Shown here: positions 36,960 through 45,472 of the stretch, piece by piece
Layout: the number at the start of each line of letters is the position of its first letter
How positions within the stretch are numbered: position 1 is the stretch's first letter
Assembly (NCBI GenBank): GCA_965247115.1
Contig: CBDFGR010000002.1
Location: 864,001 to 928,000 of the forward strand
Direction: 5' to 3'
Length of the DNA stretch: 64,000 bases
Origin: Myxococcota bacterium
GTDB taxonomy: Bacteria > Myxococcota_A > UBA9160 > SZUA-336
Notes under the pieces: model-generated
Told to the model about the DNA's origin: nothing
Databases searched by the model: none
Seen by the model: only the letters and a program-made list of their open reading frames with translations
Position numbers and translations under genes: made by a program

Positions 36960-37472
36960 CTACTCTCCTCGGAAATCCGCGTCCGGGACGCTCTTGCGCA
37001 TCAGCTCGCGGATGGTCTGGCGCAGCTCCTCTGGTGTCGGGCGGCCGACGAAGTACCAGCCGTTGAAGATGCGGTCGATGGTCAGGTCCGGGAGCAGCGC
37101 AAAGGTAAAGGGAACCGGGAGGGGACCGTGACGCTTGTCTGTCGTCTCCCGTATCCCGAGCTCGTCTGTCAGGTGCAGCCCTTCGTCACTCAGAAAGGTG
37201 TAACGGGCTCCGAGACCAGCCTTGAAGGCGGCCTGGACTCGTGGGGGGTCGACGGATATGACGGCGATGCGGCAATAGGCGACATCCGTGGCTCGGTGGA
37301 GCTGGACCAGCTCCTGCAGTTGGACCTGTCATTTGGGTCACCAGGGGCCGCGATAGAACGCGAGGATGAGCGGCTGGCCGTTGGCGACCTCTTCGATCGA
37401 CACTTCTCGCTCCCGGTCGTCGACCAGGGTCATGGAGGGGAATTTCTGGCCTACTTCGTAGCGGAGTGGCAT
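36960..37472 (-). CDS. AhpC/TSA-like redoxin, predicted selenoprotein with UxxU motif (Sec45, Sec48), 170 aa
   Basis: AGGAGG plus ATG 37472: MPLRYEVGQKFPSMTLVDD...PLILAFYRGPW-TGA-CCC-AAA-TGA-QVQLQELVQL...IAVISVDP...FLSD...PFTFALLPDLTI...GRPTPEELR...TAG. Thioredoxin-fold features continue in frame after both TGAs. SECIS-like hairpin downstream. Confidence 0.85.
37298..37314 (-). promoter_or_regulatory. Candidate bacterial SECIS hairpin
   Basis: mRNA GGAGCUG-GUC-CAGCUCC, perfect 7-bp stem with GGUC at the apex; loop starts 22 nt after the second UGA and 31 nt after the first. Confidence 0.65.
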
Positions 37473-37621
37473 GGCGCAACCTCCTGCGACGGGAACGGGG
37501 TCATACTAGAACGATCGACGTGCCGGGCATTCGGACATGGTTGGGGTCCTTGGCCCTGAGAGAATGTCTATCTTAGGACTCAAGGTGTGGCCCACGTCAA
37601 GCGGTGCGTGTCCGTGATGCC

Positions 37622-37655
37622 GTCAGCGCTCGGGGAAACGTCCCCGAGCGCCGAC
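37622..37655 (-). terminator. Strong GC-rich stem-loop 3' of the LLM gene (no U tract; terminator/pause or mRNA-stabilising hairpin)
   Basis: GCGCTCGGGGA-AACG-TCCCCGAGCGC, 11-bp perfect stem that extends to 15 bp with one G-U pair on the minus strand; 9 nt after the stop at 37665. Confidence 0.55.
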
Positions 37656-37664
37656 TCCCTGCCT

Positions 37665-38582
37665 CTACGTTTGTCTGGGGTCGTACTGGTCGAGCTGTGG
37701 GGGGATTTCTTTGAGGAAGCGCTGCATGTGGGTTCTGGTTTTTTGGAGGTCGGGGGTGTTTGTGTCGAGGATGAGGTCGGTGGCGCCGGCGTCCTTGTAG
37801 GCGCGGACGGTTTCGGTGATTTCTTTTTGGGTACCGCGGCAGGTGCGGCGGTCTTCTGGGGGGCGGGCGTTGGGGGTGTCGAGGAATTCGAGGACGACGC
37901 GGACGGCGATGGGGAGGTCGTCGGGGCGGTCGGCGTTGCGCAGGGCTTCTCGGAGCTGCTCGGTCTTCGGGGCGAGCTCGGCGGGAGAGAGGCTCAAGGG
38001 GTGCCAGCCGTCGCCAAGGCTGGTGACCCGGCGAAGTGCAGCTCGGCTGTTGCCACCGATCCAGACCGGGGGGTGTGGTTTCTGGGCGGGTTTTGGGGAA
38101 AAGGGCAAGTCGCGGAAGCGATAGCGCTGGCCCTGGAAGTCGGGGGTGCCGCCCGACCAGAGCTCGAGCAGCGCTTGCAGGGTCTCATCGGTGATGGCGC
38201 CGCGGGCCTCGTACGGGACGCCGAGAGCCTGGTACTCGTCGGGGGCTGCGCCGACACCTACTCCCAGCGTGACGCGGCCACGGGAGAGCTGGTCGATAGT
38301 GGCGAGGGTCTTTGCGAGCCTGGCTGGGTGGTGCCAGGGCAGGACGAGGACCGACGTGCCCAGTCGAACGCGGGTCGTGGCGGCGGCGATGATGGAGAGG
38401 ATGGTGAGGGCCTCGTGGTAGGGGCGCTGTCCCAGCCGCTCCGCAACATAGGAGGCGTGAAAGAGGTGCTCGCTCACCCACACGGAGTCGTAGCCCAGCT
38501 GCTCCGCGAGGCGGGCCAGCTCGAGCAGCTCGGCGGGGTCTTCGATGCCCTGGTTGTTCGGTACGCAGAATCCGAAGCGCAT
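37665..38582 (-). CDS. LLM-class (probably F420-dependent) oxidoreductase
   Basis: MRFGFCVP, GYDSVWVSEH, LAKTLATIDQLSRGR, PKPAQKPHPPVWIGG. Confidence 0.92.
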   Translation of the reverse strand: MRFGFCVPNNQGIEDPAELLELARLAEQLGYDSVWVSEHLFHASYVAERLGQRPYHEALTILSIIAAATTRVRLGTSVLVLPWHHPARLAKTLATIDQLSRGRVTLGVGVGAAPDEYQALGVPYEARGAITDETLQALLELWSGGTPDFQGQRYRFRDLPFSPKPAQKPHPPVWIGGNSRAALRRVTSLGDGWHPLSLSPAELAPKTEQLREALRNADRPDDLPIAVRVVLEFLDTPNARPPEDRRTCRGTQKEITETVRAYKDAGATDLILDTNTPDLQKTRTHMQRFLKEIPPQLDQYDPRQT

Positions 38583-38636
38583 CGCTCCAGCCTACCATCT
38601 GGCCAGGAGTGGTAGATTCAACGCGACGGAGGTGCC

Positions 38637-39881
38637 ATGACCGCGCCACTCTCGCTAGCGAGCATCGACATCATCGGACCCGATACGTTCGCCGCCGATG
38701 GCTACCCGCACGAGGCATGGAAGCAGCTGCGCCGGGACGCGCCCGTTTTCTACTGGGACCGGGAGATCGGATGCAAGGCATTCTGGGCAATCACGAAGCA
38801 CGCGGACGTCGTCGCGATCTCGAAGCAGCCGCGACTGTTCCGCAACGGGCCCAGACTGGCCGTCTTTCCGGAGGGGCCACCAGCCGAAGAGCAGAACGAA
38901 CGCCCTCACCACCTGCTCAACATGGATCCGCCCGAACACGGCCGCTACCGAAGGGTGTCCAGCACCTGGTTCACACCGAGGGCCATCGAGAGCCGGCGTC
39001 CGGCGATCGAGGAGCTGTCGAAGCAGCTGCTCGACGAGCTGTCCTCCCGCAGCGAGGCCGACTTCGTCGGGGATTTCGTCGCACCGCTCACGCTCTCGGT
39101 CCTCGCCGACATGCTCGGCGTTCCTCGGGACGACTGGCGCGCGATGTTCGACTGGACAAACCAGATCGTCGGCTCGGCCGATCCGGAGTTCCGTCCCGAG
39201 GGCGCCGACTCGCAAGCGACTGCAGCCAAGGCCAGGGAGTCGCTGTTCCACTACTTCCTCGAGCTCGCCGAGCGGCGACGCGCCGAGCCGGGCGACGACA
39301 TGCTGAGCGTGCTCGCGAACGCCGAGGTCGGAGGCCGTCCCATCCCGACGTTCGAGCTGCTCTCGTACTGCCAGCTTCTGGTCGTCGCCGGCAACGAGAC
39401 CACGCGGAACGCGGCGAGCGGCGGCTTGCTCGCACTGATCGAGAACCCCGGAGAGCTCGACAAGCTCCGGCGCGATCCCTCGCTCACGAACTCCGCTGTC
39501 GAGGAGATCGTCCGTTGGACCTCGCCCGTCATCCAGTTCTGCCGCACGCCGGTCGAGGACGTCGAGATCCGCGGGCAGAAGATCCGAGCGGGCGAGTCCC
39601 TCTGCCTGCTCTACGCCTCGGCCAACCGCGATGAGGAGGTCTTCGACGCCCCCGACGAGTTCCGGGTCGAGCGCCAGCCGAACCCCCACGTGGGCTTCGG
39701 GATCGGCGAGCACTTCTGCCTTGGAGCCAACCTCGCGAGGCTCGAGCTCCGCGTCATCGTGCGGCAGCTGGCGGAGCGCCTCGTCGCGCTCGAGCTCGGG
39801 GGCCCCTTCGAGCGCATGCGCTCGAGCTTTCTCGGCGGCGTAAAACGGATGCCGATCCGCTACGAGCTCAAGGCCGGCTGA
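38637..39881 (+). CDS. Cytochrome P450
   Basis: MDPPEHGRYR, AGNETT (I helix), EEIVR (ExxR), FGIGEHFCLG heme ligand. Confidence 0.95.
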   Translation: MTAPLSLASIDIIGPDTFAADGYPHEAWKQLRRDAPVFYWDREIGCKAFWAITKHADVVAISKQPRLFRNGPRLAVFPEGPPAEEQNERPHHLLNMDPPEHGRYRRVSSTWFTPRAIESRRPAIEELSKQLLDELSSRSEADFVGDFVAPLTLSVLADMLGVPRDDWRAMFDWTNQIVGSADPEFRPEGADSQATAAKARESLFHYFLELAERRRAEPGDDMLSVLANAEVGGRPIPTFELLSYCQLLVVAGNETTRNAASGGLLALIENPGELDKLRRDPSLTNSAVEEIVRWTSPVIQFCRTPVEDVEIRGQKIRAGESLCLLYASANRDEEVFDAPDEFRVERQPNPHVGFGIGEHFCLGANLARLELRVIVRQLAERLVALELGGPFERMRSSFLGGVKRMPIRYELKAG

Positions 39882-39952
39882 GGCGCGGCGAGCCCAAGGG
39901 ACCGCAAGCGGAACGCAGCTTGGGTGCAGCTGCGGTCCCTGGTGGAACGAAC

Positions 39953-40558
39953 CTACTGGCCTTCTTCGCCTCCGCGGGAGCCCCGCCCGCCTCCGTGCTT
40001 GTGACCGGCGTCTCCGCGCCGCTCCATCCGATGGCGGCGCGCCTGCCGGGCTTCCTGCCGTTCGGCGTCGCTGAGCGCGCCATCACCGTCGGAGTCGTGG
40101 CGCTCGAGCATGCGCTGTTCGCGCGCCCCGCGCGCCACCGTCCGCTCGTCCTCGCTCAGCTGGCCATCACCGTCGGAGTCGTACCTCTCGAGCGCGTGGG
40201 CGTGGCGGCGGTCCTTGCGGTCTTCCCTGGCGAGCTGCCGTTCGTCCCGGCTGAGCGTCCCATCTCCGTCGCTGTCGTACCTGTCCAGCACGTGCTGGCG
40301 GCGCAGTTCTCCGCGCGCCTGGCGCGCCGCCGCACGCTCGTCCGCGTCGAGCTCGCCGTCGCCGTTCGCATCGAAGCGCTCTAGGGCGCGTTCGTGCATC
40401 GACTCCTTTGCCGCCGAGCGCTCGGACTCATCGAGGCGACCGTCGCCGTCCAGATCGAACTCCTCCAGCAGCCGGGGCGGGCCGCCCTCGTCCGCGAGGG
40501 CCGGCAGGGCCCACATGCCAAGGGCAACAGTCACCGCTAACGTCCAGAGTGTCTTCAT
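39953..40558 (-). CDS. Secreted multi-EF-hand calcium-binding protein
   Basis: Signal peptide MKTLWTLAVTVALGMWALPALA; five DxDGDGxLxxxER loops; GGAGG RBS. Confidence 0.85.
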   Translation of the reverse strand: MKTLWTLAVTVALGMWALPALADEGGPPRLLEEFDLDGDGRLDESERSAAKESMHERALERFDANGDGELDADERAAARQARGELRRQHVLDRYDSDGDGTLSRDERQLAREDRKDRRHAHALERYDSDGDGQLSEDERTVARGAREQRMLERHDSDGDGALSDAERQEARQARRHRMERRGDAGHKHGGGRGSRGGEEGQ

Positions 40559-40642
40559 CAGTACCTCCGCAGCTCGTGTACCCGTGTAACCGGCAAGGAG
40601 CACTGCGGTTGCGGAGCCAACCTCTGCCGCCTGGCTGCTCGA

Positions 40643-40957
40643 CTACAGCTCGTCGCGGTACTTGAACACGTACGAGAGGCCATGCTTTGCGAAGGCACGG
40701 CAGGCCTTGTCCTTGAAGTCAATGGCCTTCTCCCACTCGTCGAGATCGTAGACGTCCCGCTCCGCGACGACGCGGATCTCGCGGACCACCCGCTCTTCGA
40801 GCCCCAGCTTCTCCCCGATCTCGCGATCGGATAGGCCTCGGGTACGCTCGGCGGCAGGCAAGTGCTCCTGGACGTTAACCTGGAAGGAATTGCTCAAGCG
40901 CAGGACCTCGTTCTTGTGCCGCTCGTAAATTTCGGGTTCGATGAAGAAGAAGCCCAT
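40643..40957 (-). CDS. Small hypothetical protein with HTH-like segment
   Basis: 104 aa from ATG 40957 with AGGAG RBS; GLSDREIGEKLGLEERVVREI. Confidence 0.75.
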   Translation of the reverse strand: MGFFFIEPEIYERHKNEVLRLSNSFQVNVQEHLPAAERTRGLSDREIGEKLGLEERVVREIRVVAERDVYDLDEWEKAIDFKDKACRAFAKHGLSYVFKYRDEL

Positions 40958-40970
40958 CGATTTCTCCTGA

Positions 40971-41849
40971 TCACTTCTTGGTACGGTACTCGGCGCCAAC
41001 GGGACAGACGCGAACGCACTCGTAGCACTGGCCCTGGCTCTGTGCTGAATACGTCATGGACCACAGAGTGCGCGTGAAGAAACTGCTGTAGAGAATCATC
41101 TTGCGCTCCTCCGTATCCTCGGCGTTCAATGCCGCCTCGAGCCCCTTCTGGAAGCCGGGAATCCAGTAGGTGTGCACGCGAGACGTGCAGCGAGCCACGT
41201 CGTAGCTCCGTTCGGCAATCTGACCGTCCTCGATCTTGCCGCCAAGGCAGCCGCCCGACTTGATGGGGCACACGCGAAGACAGGGCGTGGTCCCCTCCGC
41301 TTCCCACATCTCCAGACACGGGGGCGCCGGGCAGGCTGGCGTGGCCTCGGGACCGTCCACGTCGAAGGGAAAGGTGGTCACGATCGCCGCATGGAAGAGC
41401 ATGCCGTACTCGCGATGGAGCACCGGTCCCGCGAGGCTACGCGATCCGCAGCCCGCCTGCCCCGCGGCGTACGCGATGCTCAGGAAGGGTCGGTTCCCCT
41501 TGTTCACACCGGGGGGAACGAACAGTGCGTAGTAGCCGAAGTGGCTCTCGATGAACTTCGCCATCCTGAGCCCGAGGGAGTTGATCCGGTCGCTCGTGCC
41601 CATGGTTTCCTGGTGCTCTGCGAGCGGGCTCACCCAATCCGCGGCTCGCGGCGGGTTCCCTCCGACGACGACCACGCTGCGCGCCCCCGGTAGAAGATCT
41701 CGCGGCCGAAAGCCCTCGGGCGCCTCCGTAAAGGCCTGCGCGTCGGCGACGCCGCAGACGAGCGCCCCACCGTCGAGAGCAAAGGCCTTCAGCTCCCTTG
41801 TGGCTCCGGTCGGATCGCTCTTCGCATCCGTGTGGGCGGCGCGTGTCAT
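40971..41849 (-). CDS. QueG/reductive-dehalogenase-fold 4Fe-4S (probably cobamide-binding) protein, paralog B
   Basis: GALVCGVA, PRDLLPGARSVVV, AAGQAGCG..SL...LHREYG...AIVTT, C-x4-C-x11-C-x3-CP, YDVARC, CYECVRVCP; ATGA overlap with upstream paralog. Confidence 0.8.
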   Translation of the reverse strand: MTRAAHTDAKSDPTGATRELKAFALDGGALVCGVADAQAFTEAPEGFRPRDLLPGARSVVVVGGNPPRAADWVSPLAEHQETMGTSDRINSLGLRMAKFIESHFGYYALFVPPGVNKGNRPFLSIAYAAGQAGCGSRSLAGPVLHREYGMLFHAAIVTTFPFDVDGPEATPACPAPPCLEMWEAEGTTPCLRVCPIKSGGCLGGKIEDGQIAERSYDVARCTSRVHTYWIPGFQKGLEAALNAEDTEERKMILYSSFFTRTLWSMTYSAQSQGQCYECVRVCPVGAEYRTKK

Positions 41850-42605
41850 TTCAGGCGGCGATGCTCCCGTCCCACCGGGCACACGCGCATGCACTCGAAA
41901 CACTGGGCGACGCTCTCCTTGTAGTGGCCCACCGCGGAGAGGGACTGGGTGAAGAAGTCCGAGTAGATCATGGCCTTGCGCCGGGCCGGGTCCTCGTCGC
42001 TCGTGATCTGAACGAGCGCCTTCTGCACGCTCCCCACGCCAAAGTTCATGGCGCGCGCGGTGCAGCGTTCCCGATCGTAGTAGGAGTAGGAGATACCGCC
42101 GTCGTCACCGAGCGCCCCGTCGAGGCAACCACCCTCGTCCTTCGGACACGACGCCAGGCACGGCGTCGTCCCGAGCTCGCGGTACATCTGCACGCAGGGC
42201 GGCGAGGGAACGCGTCCCGAGTCCCGCCAGTACCGCCGCCAGCATCATGCTCATGGGGGGCGTATGGCCCCCCGTCGGGAGCGAAGGCGCCTGGAGCGCT
42301 CCGTACCCGTACTCGCTCTCGATGAAGTCGCACATCACGTGGATCGCGACGTTCTCGCGGAAGTCGTAGCCCGTGATCTCCATCACGCGGTGGTCCGAGC
42401 ACTTCCATGCCCCTGCGGTCGGCCCCTGGTTGCCCGCTACCAGAACGCTCCTCGCCCCGGGCAGCACGTCACCGGGGCGATGCCCTTCCGGGACGAATTC
42501 GTTGAACGCGTCTGCCGGCGCCACGCCGATGACCAGGGCGCCGGCCTTTCGACCCACGTCCTTGATGCGCTCAGTGACGGCTGCCGTGTCGACCATCTCG
42601 GACAC
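41846..42605 (-). pseudogene. QueG/RdhA-fold 4Fe-4S protein, paralog A, frameshifted by an internal deletion near 42197
   Basis: ORFs 42105-42605 (N half) and 41846-42193 (C half, CFECMRVCP) both align by eye with paralog B; about 36 codons are missing between ..RSLAA and CVQMY.. Confidence 0.75.
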
Positions 42606-42626
42606 CGCCCATCTTACCGCCTCCCG

Positions 42627-43622
42627 CTAGAGATGGAGCGGCCAGATTGCGTTCAGCACCAGACCGAGGGCGAAGAGCCCTCCCGCCTGACGGGTCAGCA
42701 CGAACGCGGCGCTGACGTACCAGAGCGGCCAGACCGAGTAGTTCTCGGGTGGCGTATCGGGCTTTGGCCGGTCGTAGAAACGGAGCGTCTTCCGCAGCCG
42801 CGGTGCGGCCGCGAGCACGAGCAGCGTCCAGATTCCAAGGGTACCGGCCAGGACCAGAGCGATCACTCCGGCGAAGAAGCCAAGCATGAGGCCCTGATTC
42901 ACACGTCTGGAGAGGGGATCACCCAGCAGGACCGGGAGCGTATGGATCCCCTTCTCCCCGTCGAGCTCGATCTTGTCGATGTGCTTGCCGAACAACACGG
43001 TCGTGACGAGCAGTCCGTAAGGGAGCGAGGCTGCCCAGACCCAGCCGGGAAGTTGCCCGGCTGTCACGAAGTACGTGCCCGCGATCATGAGCGGACCCCA
43101 GATGACGAACACCGAGGGCTCGCCCAGACCGTGGTGCTTTAGGCGCAGCGGCGGTGCCACGTAGAAGACACTGAGAAAGAAGCCCGCCAGCGCAAAGGCG
43201 GCGGCCTCCCAGCCGCGCAGCCAGGTCAGTCCCAGCGCCACCCCGACTCCCGCCACGTTCACGACCGCGATCGCCAGAAGAAGCTGAGCTTTCGAGATCC
43301 AACCGGAGAGGACCGGATGTGGGGCGTACAGGGCCCGAGCGTAGTCCGGGGTGTCGACTCCGGACTCCATGTCGAAGTAGTCGTTCATCAGGTTGTTGCA
43401 GGCATGCGCCAGCAGCAGCCCGAGCGCGGCAAGGCACCATGGCAGCAGCTCCGCGTTGCCAGCGGGGATCGCGAGCAGCCCCCCGATCGCGCTCGCGAAG
43501 AACGTCATGGGGAAGACCGACGCCCGCGTCATGATGATCCACTTGGAGACCGTGTCGGCCTCCACCCCCTCGGGCAGATTGGTCGTCTGGAAAGCCGTGA
43601 TCCAGTTCGAGGTCAGAGCCAT
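42627..43622 (-). CDS. menA: UbiA-family prenyltransferase, MenA-like (1,4-dihydroxy-2-naphthoate prenyltransferase)
   Basis: NNLMNDYFD..GVD, YVAPPLRLKHHGLGE, HIDKIELD..KGIHTLPV; multiple TM helices. Confidence 0.75.
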   Translation of the reverse strand: MALTSNWITAFQTTNLPEGVEADTVSKWIIMTRASVFPMTFFASAIGGLLAIPAGNAELLPWCLAALGLLLAHACNNLMNDYFDMESGVDTPDYARALYAPHPVLSGWISKAQLLLAIAVVNVAGVGVALGLTWLRGWEAAAFALAGFFLSVFYVAPPLRLKHHGLGEPSVFVIWGPLMIAGTYFVTAGQLPGWVWAASLPYGLLVTTVLFGKHIDKIELDGEKGIHTLPVLLGDPLSRRVNQGLMLGFFAGVIALVLAGTLGIWTLLVLAAAPRLRKTLRFYDRPKPDTPPENYSVWPLWYVSAAFVLTRQAGGLFALGLVLNAIWPLHL

Positions 43623-43637
43623 CGTGCGCCTCTCCCC

Positions 43638-45077
43638 CTAATCCCAGACAGGTGGCTTGCGACCGATCCAGGGCCGGGCGCGCTCCAGCTGTCCGGCAAC
43701 GCGGTACAGGAGCCCCTCGTCCCCGAAGCGCCCTGTGAACATCACTCCGAGTGGAAGCCCGGCGCTGCTCTGACACAACGGCAGCGAGACGGACGGTTGT
43801 CCGGTGGCGTTGAAGATCGGCGTGAACGGCAGGTATTCGAGCATCGGTCGAAAGGCACGCTCGAAATCTCCCTCGTTCGTGTCGAACGTCCCCAGCTTTA
43901 CGGGTGGCAACGCGAGTGTGGGCGTGAGCCAGGCGTCGACGTCCTCGAAGAAGGCCGCGATCTGACGAGACAGCCGCTGGATCATCGAGATCGCGAGCTG
44001 GAAGTCGGAGCCGGAGATCTGCTTACCCCGCTCGTAGAGGCCCCACGACAGTGGCTCGAAGAGCTCCGGCGAGGGCGTGCGGCCGAGGGCTCGCGCGGCG
44101 CCGTCGATCCCTGCGGCGTTTCCCACCGCCCAGATGTCCAGAAAAGCCTGCTCGAACGCGTCCACCGAGAACTCCGGCTTGCGTTCCTCTACCTCGTGTC
44201 CGAGCTCGCTGCAGAGCCGCGCGACGTCCCCTGCCGCGGCCGAGCACTCCGAATCGATCTGCCCGCCGCGCAGGTTGCCTGTCCAGCACGCGATGCGGAG
44301 TCGGCCGGGGTCGCGCGAGACCTCTTCCAGATAGGGACGCTCGGGCGGGGGCGCCCAGTACGGATCCCCGACATCGGGACCCGCCGTGCAGTCGAGGACT
44401 GCGGCGCTGTCACGCACCGTGCGGGTGACTACGTGTTCGCAGCCCAGGCCGCCGAGCGAGTCGCCGAGCAGCGGCCCCAGCGGATTCCGCGCCCGCGTTG
44501 GCTTCATCCCGACGAGCCCGCAGCACGAGGCGGGAATCCGGATCGAGCCTCCACCGTCGTTCGCGTGGGCGAGCGGAACGATCCCGGCCGCGACGGCGGC
44601 TGCCGAGCCACCGCTCGATCCACCGGTGGAGTGGTTTGTGTCCCACGGGTTCCGCGCAGCTCCGTAGAGCTGCGGCTCGGTCGTCGGCATGGTTCCTAGC
44701 TCTGGGACGTTGGTCTTGCCGAGCGGGATCAGACCGGCGCGCTTGTAGCGGACGACGAGCTCGGCATCCTGCGCGGCGACGGAGCCCTGCATGAAGCGAC
44801 TTCCGAGCGTCGTGGGAACGCCCTCGTGATCACCCAGGATGTCCTTGAGCAGGAACGGAACGCCCTGGTACGGTCCGCCAGCGCGGGCTGCTGGCTGACT
44901 GGCCGCCCGTTCGCGCGCCAGCTCGTACATTGGTGTGACGACGGCGTTCAGAACGGGATTGTGTCTCCCGATTCGCTCGATCGCTTCTTCCACGAGCTCT
45001 GACGCGCTGACCTCGCCGCGGGAAACGAGCTCTGCCAGGCCCAGCCCGTCGTAGGATGCGAATTCCGAAAACCCCAT
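43638..45077 (-). CDS. Amidase (amidase-signature family)
   Basis: [48 protein letters not shown] before ATG 45077. Confidence 0.93.
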   Translation of the reverse strand: MGFSEFASYDGLGLAELVSRGEVSASELVEEAIERIGRHNPVLNAVVTPMYELARERAASQPAARAGGPYQGVPFLLKDILGDHEGVPTTLGSRFMQGSVAAQDAELVVRYKRAGLIPLGKTNVPELGTMPTTEPQLYGAARNPWDTNHSTGGSSGGSAAAVAAGIVPLAHANDGGGSIRIPASCCGLVGMKPTRARNPLGPLLGDSLGGLGCEHVVTRTVRDSAAVLDCTAGPDVGDPYWAPPPERPYLEEVSRDPGRLRIACWTGNLRGGQIDSECSAAAGDVARLCSELGHEVEERKPEFSVDAFEQAFLDIWAVGNAAGIDGAARALGRTPSPELFEPLSWGLYERGKQISGSDFQLAISMIQRLSRQIAAFFEDVDAWLTPTLALPPVKLGTFDTNEGDFERAFRPMLEYLPFTPIFNATGQPSVSLPLCQSSAGLPLGVMFTGRFGDEGLLYRVAGQLERARPWIGRKPPVWD

Positions 45078-45139
45078 GCGCACCTCCTCCGCGCCAGTCT
45101 GAGCCGAAGGGCGCAAGCCTTCAAGCAGCTTTGGCAACC

Positions 45140-45439
45140 GTGACTCCCCGCTGGCCCGCTCCCGCGTATCGCGTCTACCTGACGCTCGGGGCGAGCTCGG
45201 CGTTCTTCTTCTCGACCTACAGCACGCTCTCGGCCATCTACCGCATCCAGCAGGCGGGCCTCGACCCGCTCCAGCTCGTGCTGGTGGGAACCGCGTTCGA
45301 GCTGAGCACCTTCCTCTTCGAAGTGCCGACCGGAGTCGTGGCCGACACCATCAGCCGTCGCCGCTCGGTGATCATCCTGATCATGCCCGCCGTCGTGCTC
45401 TATGCGTGGGGAGCCCGGCGATCGGCTGACCGGCGGTAG
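45140..45439 (+). pseudogene. MFS transporter remnant (first ~80 aa joined to a C-terminal-like tail)
   Basis: GLDPLQLVLVGTAFELSTFLFEVPTGVVADTISRRRSVII is a typical TetA(P)-like MFS N-terminus, but the ORF ends about 20 aa later. Confidence 0.7.
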
Positions 45440-45472
45440 GCCTCGCACGACTCGGGTGATACGATCGCGCGG

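Noticed and set aside
37128..37559. 143-aa plus-strand ORF and 97-aa minus-strand ORF (37186-37479) filling the apparent gap
   Set aside because: These are antisense and alternate-frame shadows of the UGA-containing redoxin, which has the RBS and the family motifs.
37587..38615. 342-aa plus-strand Gly/Val-rich ORF
   Set aside because: Antisense shadow of the LLM gene; its composition reflects the local G/T skew.
40060..40460. Regularly spaced near-repeats (e.g. GCCATCACCGTCGGAGTCGT) as a possible CRISPR or repeat array
   Set aside because: They are the coding repeats of EF-hand loops: degenerate and in frame, with no cas genes.
42180..42210. Programmed ribosomal frameshift joining the two halves of Fe-S paralog A
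   Set aside because: No slippery sequence, and about 36 conserved codons are missing, so a deletion is the better explanation.
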